DNA from: Pseudomonadota bacterium
GTDB lineage: Bacteria; Pseudomonadota; Gammaproteobacteria; Burkholderiales; JBEEJL01
Reading direction: 5' to 3'
DNA: 64,000 nucleotides
Assembly (NCBI GenBank): GCA_043744215.1
Contig: JAYTVC010000050.1
Coordinates: 94-64,093, forward strand
The notes beneath the pieces are model-generated. The model was not told the origin of the DNA. It saw nothing but the letters and a program-made list of their open reading frames with translations, and made no database searches. The first letter of the stretch is position 1. Every line of letters starts with the position of its first letter. A program made the position numbers and the translations under genes. This document shows positions 1 through 7,892 of the stretch, in pieces.

Positions 1-34
1 GCCGGGCGCAAGATCGGTTGATGAAACAAAAGTG

Positions 35-57
35 AGCCCGCGCATGCGGGCTTTTTG
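35..57 (+). terminator. Rho-independent terminator of an upstream off-window gene
   Basis: AGCCCGC-GCAT-GCGGGCT stem-loop followed by a T-run. Confidence 0.7.
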
Positions 58-163
58 TTGTCTGCCACCTTTTTTTGCGCGCCGTCTGTGGCATTTTTTT
101 GCTACAGCGAAACGGCTAGTGGTAAGGCGATAGTTAAAGCGATAGTATTTTCGGGGTCATTCC

Positions 164-1006
164 ATGACACGATCTGATCAGCAAGTCTTGGTAGCAGGCG
201 GCGGCATAGGCGGCATTGCGGCGGCGCTGGCGCTGACGCGGCAGGGTTTTGTCGTCAAAGTGCTGGAGCAAGCGCCGCAGCTGGGCGAGATTGGCGCGGG
301 TATTCAGCTTGGCCCGAATGGTTTCGCGGCGTTTGATGCGCTGGGCATAGGCGAGCGGGCCCGCGGCCGCGCGGTGTATACGGTGAGATGGTGATGCACG
401 ATGCGCTGGACGAATCCCTCGTCGGGCGCATTCCCGTGGGCGAGGCGTTTCGCCAGCATTTCGGCAATCCTTATGCGGTGATTCACCGCGCCGATGTGCA
501 TAAATCATTGCTCGAAGGCGCGCAAGAGACGGGGCGGATCGAGGTGCTGACTTCGACTGCGGTAACGCACGTTGAGCAGGATGATGCGAGCGCGACAGCT
601 CATCGATTTGCCGAAAGACTGGAAGCGTTGGGCCACCGCCGACCGCGAACCGATTGCACAATGGAATTATGGTCGGGTAACATTGCTAGGCGATGCCGCG
701 CACCCGATGCTGCAATATCTCGCGCAAGGCGCGTGCATGGCGATGGAAGACGCGGTGACGCTGGGCGAAGCGTTGCGCGTGCATGAAAATAATTTCGCCA
801 ATGCTTTCGATCATTACCAACGTTCGCCCGTGGCGCGCACCGCGCGCGTGTTGTTGTCGGCGCGGGAGATGGGGCGCATATTTCGCGCGAAAGGCGTGGA
901 GCGTTTGGTGCGAAACGATTTATGGAAAGGGCGCACCCCGGAAAAATTTTACGATGCGCTCGAATGGTTGTATGGTTGGAAGGTCGAAAACTGCCTCGCC
1001 GACTGA
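164..1006 (+). pseudogene. FAD-dependent aromatic hydroxylase (3-hydroxybenzoate 6-hydroxylase / salicylate hydroxylase-like), disrupted
   Basis: Homologous pieces lie in three frames. 164-394 has the GGGIGG Rossmann N-terminus, 388-~580 has IPVGEAFRQHFGNPYAVIHRADVH, and ~600-1006 has GDAAHPMLQYLAQGACMAMEDA. The span is 281 codons against ~400 expected, so there are frameshifts plus an internal deletion. Confidence 0.8.
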
Positions 1007-1019
1007 TGCTTTTTATCCA

Positions 1020-1047
1020 ATTAAACTGAGTATAATCAATGAGTTAC
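1020..1047 (-). repeat. 28-bp IHF-core interspersed element, copy 1
   Basis: Plus strand reads ..GAGTATAATCAATGAGTTAC. The AATCAA-TGAG-TTA core overlaps the ATG of the FAH-family gene. Confidence 0.6.
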
Positions 1048-1734
1048 ATATTTGAGCCAGAAGCACAAATTTCCGTCCCCGTTATCGGTAGTGACGCGCA
1101 ATTCCCTGTGCGTCGCGTGTATTGCGTAGGCCGCAACTACGCGGCGCACGCGCGCGAAATGGGGTTCGATGATCGCGAGCTGCCGTTTTTTTTCTGCAAG
1201 CCCGACAACAGCATTGTCGTTGTGCCGACCGGCAAAACCGTCGAGATCGCCTATCCGCCGCAGAGCAAAGATTTTCAGCACGAGATTGAAATGGTTGTGG
1301 CGATAGGCAAAGCCGGGCGCGACATCGCCATTGAAAACGCCAACGAACACGTGTTCGGCTACGCCGTTGGCCTCGATATGACGCGGCGCGATTTGCAATT
1401 GCAAGCGCGCGACAAAGGCAGGCCGTGGGAATTGGGCAAGGCGTTTGATCAGTCCGCCCCCATTGGGCCGTTGCAACCGGCGTTGAAAATCGGCCATCCG
1501 ACAAAGGCCGCGTTGTGGGTGCAAGTGGACGGCGTGGATAAGCAGCGCAGCGACATTGAGAAATTAACCTGGTCGGTGCCGGAAATCATTGCTTATCTTT
1601 CAAAATATTTTGAATTGCGGCCCGGTGATTTAATTTACACCGGCACACCCGAAGGCGTGGGCAAAGTTGAGCGCGGGCAGAGCATGCGCGGCGGCATCGA
1701 TGGCCTTGGTGAAATCAACGTGCGCGTGGTGTAA
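1039..1734 (+). CDS. Fumarylacetoacetate hydrolase family protein (fumaryl/maleylpyruvate hydrolase-like)
   Basis: 231 aa with an FAH-fold C-terminal domain pattern (VGRNYAAHAREMG, GTPEGVG). Adjacent to gentisate dioxygenase. Confidence 0.85.
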   Translation: MSYIFEPEAQISVPVIGSDAQFPVRRVYCVGRNYAAHAREMGFDDRELPFFFCKPDNSIVVVPTGKTVEIAYPPQSKDFQHEIEMVVAIGKAGRDIAIENANEHVFGYAVGLDMTRRDLQLQARDKGRPWELGKAFDQSAPIGPLQPALKIGHPTKAALWVQVDGVDKQRSDIEKLTWSVPEIIAYLSKYFELRPGDLIYTGTPEGVGKVERGQSMRGGIDGLGEINVRVV

Positions 1735-1747
1735 CGCGGGAGTGTTT

Positions 1748-2785
1748 ATGAACAAGGCCGCCGACATTCAAATCCAGCGCGAAGCGTTTTACGGTCGCGC
1801 CGATACGCAGCATCTTGCGCCGTTATGGACGCGGTTGAAGTCTCTCGTGCCCGAAGCGCCGACGCCCATCGGTGTGGCGCACTGCTGGAAATACGCCGAC
1901 GTGCGGCCGTATGTGATGGAGTCGGCCGAGCACATCAGCGCGAAGGAAGCAGAGCGGCGCGTGCTGATTCTGGAAAACCCCGGCCTCAAAGGCAGCTCAC
2001 AAATCACCCATTCGCTTTACGCCGGTTTGCAGCTCATCATGCCGGGCGAAGTGGCACCGGCTCATCGCCACACGCAATCGGCGCTGCGTTTTATTGTCGA
2101 AGGCAGCGGCGCTTATACGGCAGTCGATGGCGAAAAAACCATTATGCATCCCGGCGATTTTGTCATCACACCGTCGTGGACATTCCACCATCACGGCCAG
2201 GAATCGAGCGGGCCGATGATCTGGCTCGACGGTTTAGACATTCCCATCACCGCGTTTTTCAACTGCACCTTCCGCGAAGACCATTGCGATGACGAAGCGG
2301 ACATCACGCGGCCAATCGGTGACGCGCTGGCGCGTTTCGGCTCGGGCTTGTTGCCGGTGGGTTACACGCGCAAGTCGTTAAACTCGCCCGTTTTCAATTA
2401 CCCCTACGCGCGCACGCGCGAGGCGTTGCATGCGCTGGCCCGCGCAGGCGCGCCCGATGCGCACCACGGTTATCTGATGCGCTACGTCAATCCCCTCGAT
2501 GGCGGTTGGGCCATGCCGACCATGGCGACGATGATCCGTTTGCTACCGAAAAATTTTACAACACAGGCTTATCGCAGCACCGACAGCATGGTGCACATTG
2601 TGGTCGAAGGCACCGGTACGATTACCGTCGAAGGCACACGCTTCGACGTGTCCCCTCACGATATTGTTGTCGTGCCGGGCTGGATGCGCCAGACGTTAGC
2701 CGCAACGAGCGAACTTGTTTTGTTTTCGTATTCTGACCGGGTCGCGCAAGAGAAATTGGGTTTTTTCCGCGAGCAGCGTGGCTGA
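1748..2785 (+). CDS. Gentisate 1,2-dioxygenase (bicupin)
   Basis: Internal ATG of ORF 1667-2785 (MNKAADIQ...). Cupin metal motif HRHTQSALRFIVEGSG...HPGDFVITPSWTFHHHG. Confidence 0.85.
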   Translation: MNKAADIQIQREAFYGRADTQHLAPLWTRLKSLVPEAPTPIGVAHCWKYADVRPYVMESAEHISAKEAERRVLILENPGLKGSSQITHSLYAGLQLIMPGEVAPAHRHTQSALRFIVEGSGAYTAVDGEKTIMHPGDFVITPSWTFHHHGQESSGPMIWLDGLDIPITAFFNCTFREDHCDDEADITRPIGDALARFGSGLLPVGYTRKSLNSPVFNYPYARTREALHALARAGAPDAHHGYLMRYVNPLDGGWAMPTMATMIRLLPKNFTTQAYRSTDSMVHIVVEGTGTITVEGTRFDVSPHDIVVVPGWMRQTLAATSELVLFSYSDRVAQEKLGFFREQRG

Positions 2786-2840
2786 AATGAAAACGCTCAG
2801 CCGGTAAACCCGATACGATTTTGTTTCGCCGATGTAATAG

Positions 2841-4040
<1,200 letters not shown>

Positions 4041-4075
4041 AAAATCATGATAAATAAAATTTTCATTTCAATATC

Positions 4076-4309
4076 GCAGCCTGCGCCGCAGTACGCGATA
4101 TGGATCAAGGCGAAAGCATCGCCAACATTCGAGCGCAGACCTTAGTGATCGCAGGTACGCACGACGTTGCCACGCCGCCCGCCGACGGAAAATTTCTTGC
4201 AGACCACATCAAAGGCGCGCGCTATGTTGAATTGCCCGCCGCGCATATTTCCAACATCGAAGCGAGTGAAGCGTTTACACAAAACGTGTTGCAATTTCTT
4301 GCCACTTAA
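4076..4309 (+). pseudogene. pcaD: 3-oxoadipate enol-lactonase (alpha/beta hydrolase), C-terminal remnant only
   Basis: Only the last ~75 residues are present (..IRAQTLVIAGTHDVATPP...AAHISNIE..). The frame is closed by a stop at 4055-4057 and the ~190-aa N-terminus with the nucleophile is absent. Sits directly upstream of pcaC. Confidence 0.75.
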
Positions 4310-4346
4310 CATTTTTAGAAAAATTATTTTTCACATCGAGGCCAAC

Positions 4347-4733
4347 ATGGACGAACAGGAACGCTACAACAAAGGAATGGAAACGCGCCGCGCCGTGCTG
4401 GGCGACGCGTATGTCGACAAAACCATGAGCAAGCGCAACGCGTTCAACGAAGCATTCCAAGAGATGATCACCCGCCACGCATGGGGCGACATCTGGACAC
4501 GCCCCGGCCTGCCCAAACATTCGCGCAGCCTCATCACCGTCGCCATGCTCATCGCCCTCAATCGCGGCGACGAATTGAAATTGCATTTGCGCGGCGCAAT
4601 CACCAACGGCGTAACGCGCGACGAAATTAAAGAAGTGATGATGCAATCTGCCATCTACTGCGGCGTGCCTGCGGCCAACGCAGCGTTTCATATTGCCGAA
4701 GCATTGTTCACGGAGATGGATGCGGGGCGATAA
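4347..4733 (+). CDS. pcaC: 4-carboxymuconolactone decarboxylase
   Basis: 128 aa from the internal ATG (MDEQERYNKGMETRRAVLGD...). Carboxymuconolactone decarboxylase family pattern. Confidence 0.85.
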   Translation: MDEQERYNKGMETRRAVLGDAYVDKTMSKRNAFNEAFQEMITRHAWGDIWTRPGLPKHSRSLITVAMLIALNRGDELKLHLRGAITNGVTRDEIKEVMMQSAIYCGVPAANAAFHIAEALFTEMDAGR

Positions 4734-4744
4734 TGTAGTGCGAT

Positions 4745-4969
4745 CAAGCTGAAATATTTTTTGCTTTAGTTTTGTTTGAGAATTTTTCGAAATTATTTTA
4801 AGTGAAGTCGTTCGAAAATCAGCGAAAAATCATGCCCTAAAAATGGAGATCAGCAAATTTGATTCCGTAGCCCGCAAGTATGTGATGTAAAAAAAACCAA
4901 ACTGAAATAATATTCGGCAAGCTCAAAACAAAAAACCCTCTGGCGTGTTTTTTGTTGAGTGAATATTTT
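4745..4969 (+). repeat. Tandem ~200-bp units U1 (4745-4843) and truncated U2 (4844-4969), related to 5676-5900
   Basis: Shared blocks with 5676-5900: AGCGAAAAATCA(T/C)GCCCTAAAAA, TGGAGATCAGCAAATT(T/C)GATT, ACCAA(A/G)CTGAAATAA, TTTGTT(T)GA..AATTTTTC. Confidence 0.75.
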
Positions 4970-5058
4970 GTAGCTATAGCATCGCGGCCTGCTTCCAGAG
5001 CATGTGACTTTGATCGACAGCCCGACTGGTTGTAACTGTAGCACGCATGTGCTACAAT
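4968..5058 (+). promoter_or_regulatory. Putative parDE promoter/operator made of CRISPR-repeat-terminus-like hexamers
   Basis: TTGTAGCT 4968-4975; GTTGTAAC 5029-5036; palindrome TGTAGCAC-GCAT-GTGCTACA 5037-5056; extended -10 TGCTACAAT 5050-5058. GGAG at 5072-5075 and ATG at 5083. Confidence 0.5.
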
Positions 5059-5082
5059 TTAATTTTTGATCGGAGCGCAGCC

Positions 5083-5367
5083 ATGTCCACAACCACCATC
5101 CGTTTGCCGGAAGCACTCAAATCGCGTGTGGCTATCGCTGCCGAGAAGGCAGGCACGACTGCGCATAATTTTATTCTGGAGGCCATCTCAGAAAAGGCCG
5201 CCCAAGCTGAACAGCAGGCCGATTTTCATGAAGACGCCAACCGGCGCTACGCTAATCTGGTCGCGTCGGGCAAAACAATTTCCTGGGAAAAAATGCGCGG
5301 CTATCTCGAAGGAAAAGTCGTGGGCAAAACCGTTGCCCGCCCCGCAGCTAAAAAACTGGCTCGCTGA
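5083..5367 (+). CDS. Ribbon-helix-helix (CopG/ParD-like) type II antitoxin
   Basis: 94 aa from the internal ATG (MSTTTIRLPEALKSRVAIAAEKAGTTAHNFILEAI = RHH motif). Its stop lies 2 nt before the toxin start. Confidence 0.8.
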   Translation: MSTTTIRLPEALKSRVAIAAEKAGTTAHNFILEAISEKAAQAEQQADFHEDANRRYANLVASGKTISWEKMRGYLEGKVVGKTVARPAAKKLAR

Positions 5368-5369
5368 GC

Positions 5370-5666
5370 ATGGCCAGAATCGAACTGGCACCCGAAACTC
5401 AAAAAGACTTTGATCGCATACTTAACCATCTCGCACAATATGCTGTTGAGGACGCAACGGATCGAATCACAGAAATTATCCATGCCATAGAAGTATTGCA
5501 GCACAATCCACTAATCTGCAGACCAATCACCGTAGACATGCGCGAACTGGTCGTCGGGCGCAGCAGTCAAGGTTATGTCGCACTTTATCGTTATATCGGA
5601 CAGATCGATACAGTCTTTGTCTTGGCGATACGTAGCCAGCGTGAGGCGGGTTACAGCAAAAATTAA
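5370..5666 (+). CDS. ParE/RelE-family type II toxin
   Basis: 98 aa with a ParE-like pattern (..ILNHLAQY...YVALYRY...TVFVLAIRSQREAGY). Tightly coupled to the upstream RHH gene. Confidence 0.8.
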   Translation: MARIELAPETQKDFDRILNHLAQYAVEDATDRITEIIHAIEVLQHNPLICRPITVDMRELVVGRSSQGYVALYRYIGQIDTVFVLAIRSQREAGYSKN

Positions 5667-5675
5667 TCTTCTGTC

Positions 5676-5900
5676 ACCGGCAAAAAAATAATGCCCGAAA
5701 AAATGGAGATCAGCAAATTCGATTTTGTCGGCAGCAAACATGTAATAGTTAAAGAAACCAAGCTGAAATAATTTTTTGCTAGGTTGTTGAAGAAATTTAA
5801 AAGCCCGCAATGCGCGGGCTTTTTGTTTGAAGGAAATTTTTCTGCAAAATTATATTTGGAGAAGTAACTCAGAAATTAGCGAAAAATCACGCCCTAAAAA
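5676..5900 (+). repeat. Unit tail plus full tandem unit U3, related to 4745-4969
   Basis: Direct repeat of the blocks listed for 4745-4969. Contains an intact terminator and the candidate promoter TTGAAG-N18-TATATT (5827-5856) facing the array. Confidence 0.75.
5801..5825 (+). terminator. Rho-independent terminator downstream of parDE
   Basis: AAGCCCGC-AATGC-GCGGGCTT stem-loop followed by TTTTTG. Confidence 0.7.
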
Positions 5901-5917
5901 CGCGCGCGGGGCGCGCC

Positions 5918-5959
5918 GATTTAATTTTGACGGGGGTTTTTCCCCGTCGAAATTAAATC
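5918..5959 (+). other. 18-bp-stem hairpin abutting the first CRISPR repeat
   Basis: GATTTAATTTTGACGGGG / 6-nt loop / CCCCGTCGAAATTAAATC gives 17 Watson-Crick pairs plus one T.G. The stem ends at 5959 and repeat 1 starts at 5960. Preceded by the GC hairpin GCGCGC-GGG-GCGCGC (5902-5916). Confidence 0.8.
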
Positions 5960-6589
5960 GTTGTAGCTCCCTCTCTCACCCCGGACTGCTACAATGTCCA
6001 CGCTGCAATATTGTCGTAGTCGGCGGTTGTAGCTCCCTCTCTCACCCCGGACTGCTACAATAAGGACGGTGAAGAAAAAGCCGTCCCGTAGGTTGTAGCT
6101 CCCTCTCTCACCCCGGACTGCTACAATTGCTTGTCATATAAATCACCACCATCGTCAGTTGTAGCTCCCTCTCTCACCCCGGACTGCTACAATTCCCTTG
6201 ATCCCCGTAGTGCTCTTGTATCGGTTGTAGCTCCCTCTCTCACCCCGGACTGCTACAATTGGCGGGGTTTGCGGGTATGGTGTGCATTTGTTGTAGCTCC
6301 CTCTCTCACCCCGGACTGCTACAATATGTAATGTGCCAAAACCGCAACTCTGTTGGTTGTAGCTCCCTCTCTCACCCCGGACTGCTACAATTATTGCCGT
6401 CGCTGCCCGTAGTCCCGGTGCGTTGTAGCTCCCTCTCTCACCCCGGACTGCTACAATAAAATTTGCAACGAGAGTTTTTGGTAGCGGGTTGTAGCTCCCT
6501 CTCTCACCCCGGACTGCTACAATCCAACCCCTCAGCAACCGCGCGTATATCCGGTTGTAGCTCCCTCTCTCACCCCGGACTGCTACAAT
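5960..6589 (+). CRISPR. Type II-C CRISPR array, 10 repeats and 9 spacers
   Basis: Ten identical 36-bp repeats GTTGTAGCTCCCTCTCTCACCCCGGACTGCTACAAT start at 5960 with a 66-bp period, separated by 30-bp unique spacers. Each repeat ends in the TGCTACAAT extended -10, so the crRNA sense is the + strand. Confidence 0.97.
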
Positions 6590-6608
6590 ATACTTGCCGT
6601 AAGTCATT

Positions 6609-6640
6609 GCCCCGAAGACGTTTTCGGGGCTTTGTCTTTT
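6609..6640. terminator. Hairpin terminator between the array and cas2 (convergent transcription)
   Basis: GCCCCGAA-GACGTT-TTCGGGGC followed by TTTGTCTTTT. Confidence 0.65.
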
Positions 6641-6651
6641 AAAAATCTGCT

Positions 6652-6984
6652 TCAAAACAGCAGCATTTGATTCGCTTTGATGGCTTTTTCCTGAAACAGC
6701 GGCAACCCCACCAACAGTTTCATGCCGGCAAATTGTTTTTCTGTTACCGACAGGCAGCGCACTGACCCGGCAGGCGGCAGGTTATCGACCAAGCGTTTCA
6801 TGTGTTTTTTTTCGGCGTCGATGCCGTTGAGTATGCGTCCATAGATTGAAAATTGAATCATGTCGTAACCGTCGTTAATTAGAAAACGGCGGAATACGGT
6901 GTACGCCCGGCGCTCAGCGCGGGTGACAACAGGCAGATCAAACAACACGATGAGTCGCATATAACGTCGTGTTTCAGCGCCCAT
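6652..6984 (-). CDS. cas2: CRISPR-associated endoribonuclease Cas2
   Basis: 110 aa with MRLIVLFDLPV.. beta1 motif. Immediately downstream of cas1. An alternative start at 6960 is possible. Confidence 0.9.
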   Translation of the reverse strand: MGAETRRYMRLIVLFDLPVVTRAERRAYTVFRRFLINDGYDMIQFSIYGRILNGIDAEKKHMKRLVDNLPPAGSVRCLSVTEKQFAGMKLLVGLPLFQEKAIKANQMLLF

Positions 6985-6986
6985 GA

Positions 6987-7892
6987 CTACATATCGCGTT
7001 GATGCGCGCGCAGGCCTATCAACGTGGGCAGTTCGAGGGTGCCTTCCGCGCCGCTTTCGTAAATGCGCGCGAGGCTTTCAACGGCGGTTTCGATGGCATT
7101 GAGCGCGGATGTTGCGCCACTCGGCATGCCCACATCCACATTCAGCAGCGCGATGAGTTCTGCCTTGTCGCTGGGCAGCAGGTCGGCACTATCCGGGATG
7201 CGATGCTTGACGACATGCAGATCAACCAACGGACGGAAGGGTTCAATCAAATCATCCGCAAGATTAAATGCGTTTTGTTCGCTCGAGTGAAACAGCCCCA
7301 ATGAGGGCAATAAACCATGCGCGACCAACCCTCTCGCAATAGTGCCGCGAAGCACGGCGTAACCGTAATCGAGGGCCGAGTTGATCCAGCATTCTTTCCC
7401 TCGATGAAAATCCTTGCCGAATAGTTTGGCAAAATAAAAAGCCGCAGCTTGGCCCTCAACATGGCCGCTGTCGCCAGAGCGCACGCGAGCGGTGTAATCA
7501 GCGAGGCGGTCAGCGCCGTCGATTCCTGCTAATTTCAAACAGGCCGATTGATTGGCAATTTTTTTTCTGACTATGGCCGCCCAGGTTTGCTTCGCCACCG
7601 GGCGCGGCATGCCAAGTTGAAAACGCAACCAGCGTGTGGCGCGTGAGTGGCTGAGAAACGGCAAAAACACCCCGCTGGGGTGATGGGTATCACCCGTGGC
7701 AAAAAGGCTGATGCCATATTCGCCGCAGGCCGACAGCACGGGGTGCGTCAGCGAAATCTCGCGATGATTGAGCATGATGACCGCGATGTCCTCAAAGGGA
7801 ACGAACGCGGTCTGCTCCTGCTCAATCGCAAGGGAATAATGTTCGCGCCGCAGCTTGGCTGGGCGCGAGATCATGACGCTACGCCAAGTCAC
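6987..7892 (-). CDS. cas1: CRISPR-associated endonuclease Cas1 (type II)
   Basis: 301 aa with a Cas1 pattern (..ALDYGYAVLRGTIARGLVAHGLLPSLGLFH..NAFNLADDLIEPFRP). Overlaps the cas9 stop by 14 nt. Confidence 0.95.
   Translation of the reverse strand: MTWRSVMISRPAKLRREHYSLAIEQEQTAFVPFEDIAVIMLNHREISLTHPVLSACGEYGISLFATGDTHHPSGVFLPFLSHSRATRWLRFQLGMPRPVAKQTWAAIVRKKIANQSACLKLAGIDGADRLADYTARVRSGDSGHVEGQAAAFYFAKLFGKDFHRGKECWINSALDYGYAVLRGTIARGLVAHGLLPSLGLFHSSEQNAFNLADDLIEPFRPLVDLHVVKHRIPDSADLLPSDKAELIALLNVDVGMPSGATSALNAIETAVESLARIYESGAEGTLELPTLIGLRAHQRDM

Noticed and set aside
4100-4309. ORF 4100-4309 as a genuine 69-aa gene
   Set aside because: Its sequence is the C-terminal lid and catalytic-His region of an alpha/beta-hydrolase enol-lactonase, and homology continues upstream of the ATG to a stop at 4055-4057. 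It is a truncated remnant rather than an independent small protein.
4745-5900. Integron gene-cassette / attC interpretation of the direct repeats flanking parDE
   Set aside because: No intI integrase is present in the window. The units lack the RYYYAAC...GTTRRRY inverted core sites and imperfect-palindrome structure of attC.
5996-6553. Self-targeting by any of the nine spacers against this window
   Set aside because: I found no match by eye, but I cannot do an exhaustive search. This is unresolved rather than disproved and needs a BLASTN of the spacers against the full genome.
5827-6655. ORFs 5827-6063(+), 6131-6331(+), 6259-6459(+) and 6155-6655(-), which have internally repetitive peptides (IVAVRGERGSYN.., CSSLSHPGLLQ..)
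   Set aside because: They are translations of the CRISPR repeats. The periodicity equals the 66-bp repeat-spacer unit, so they are not genes.
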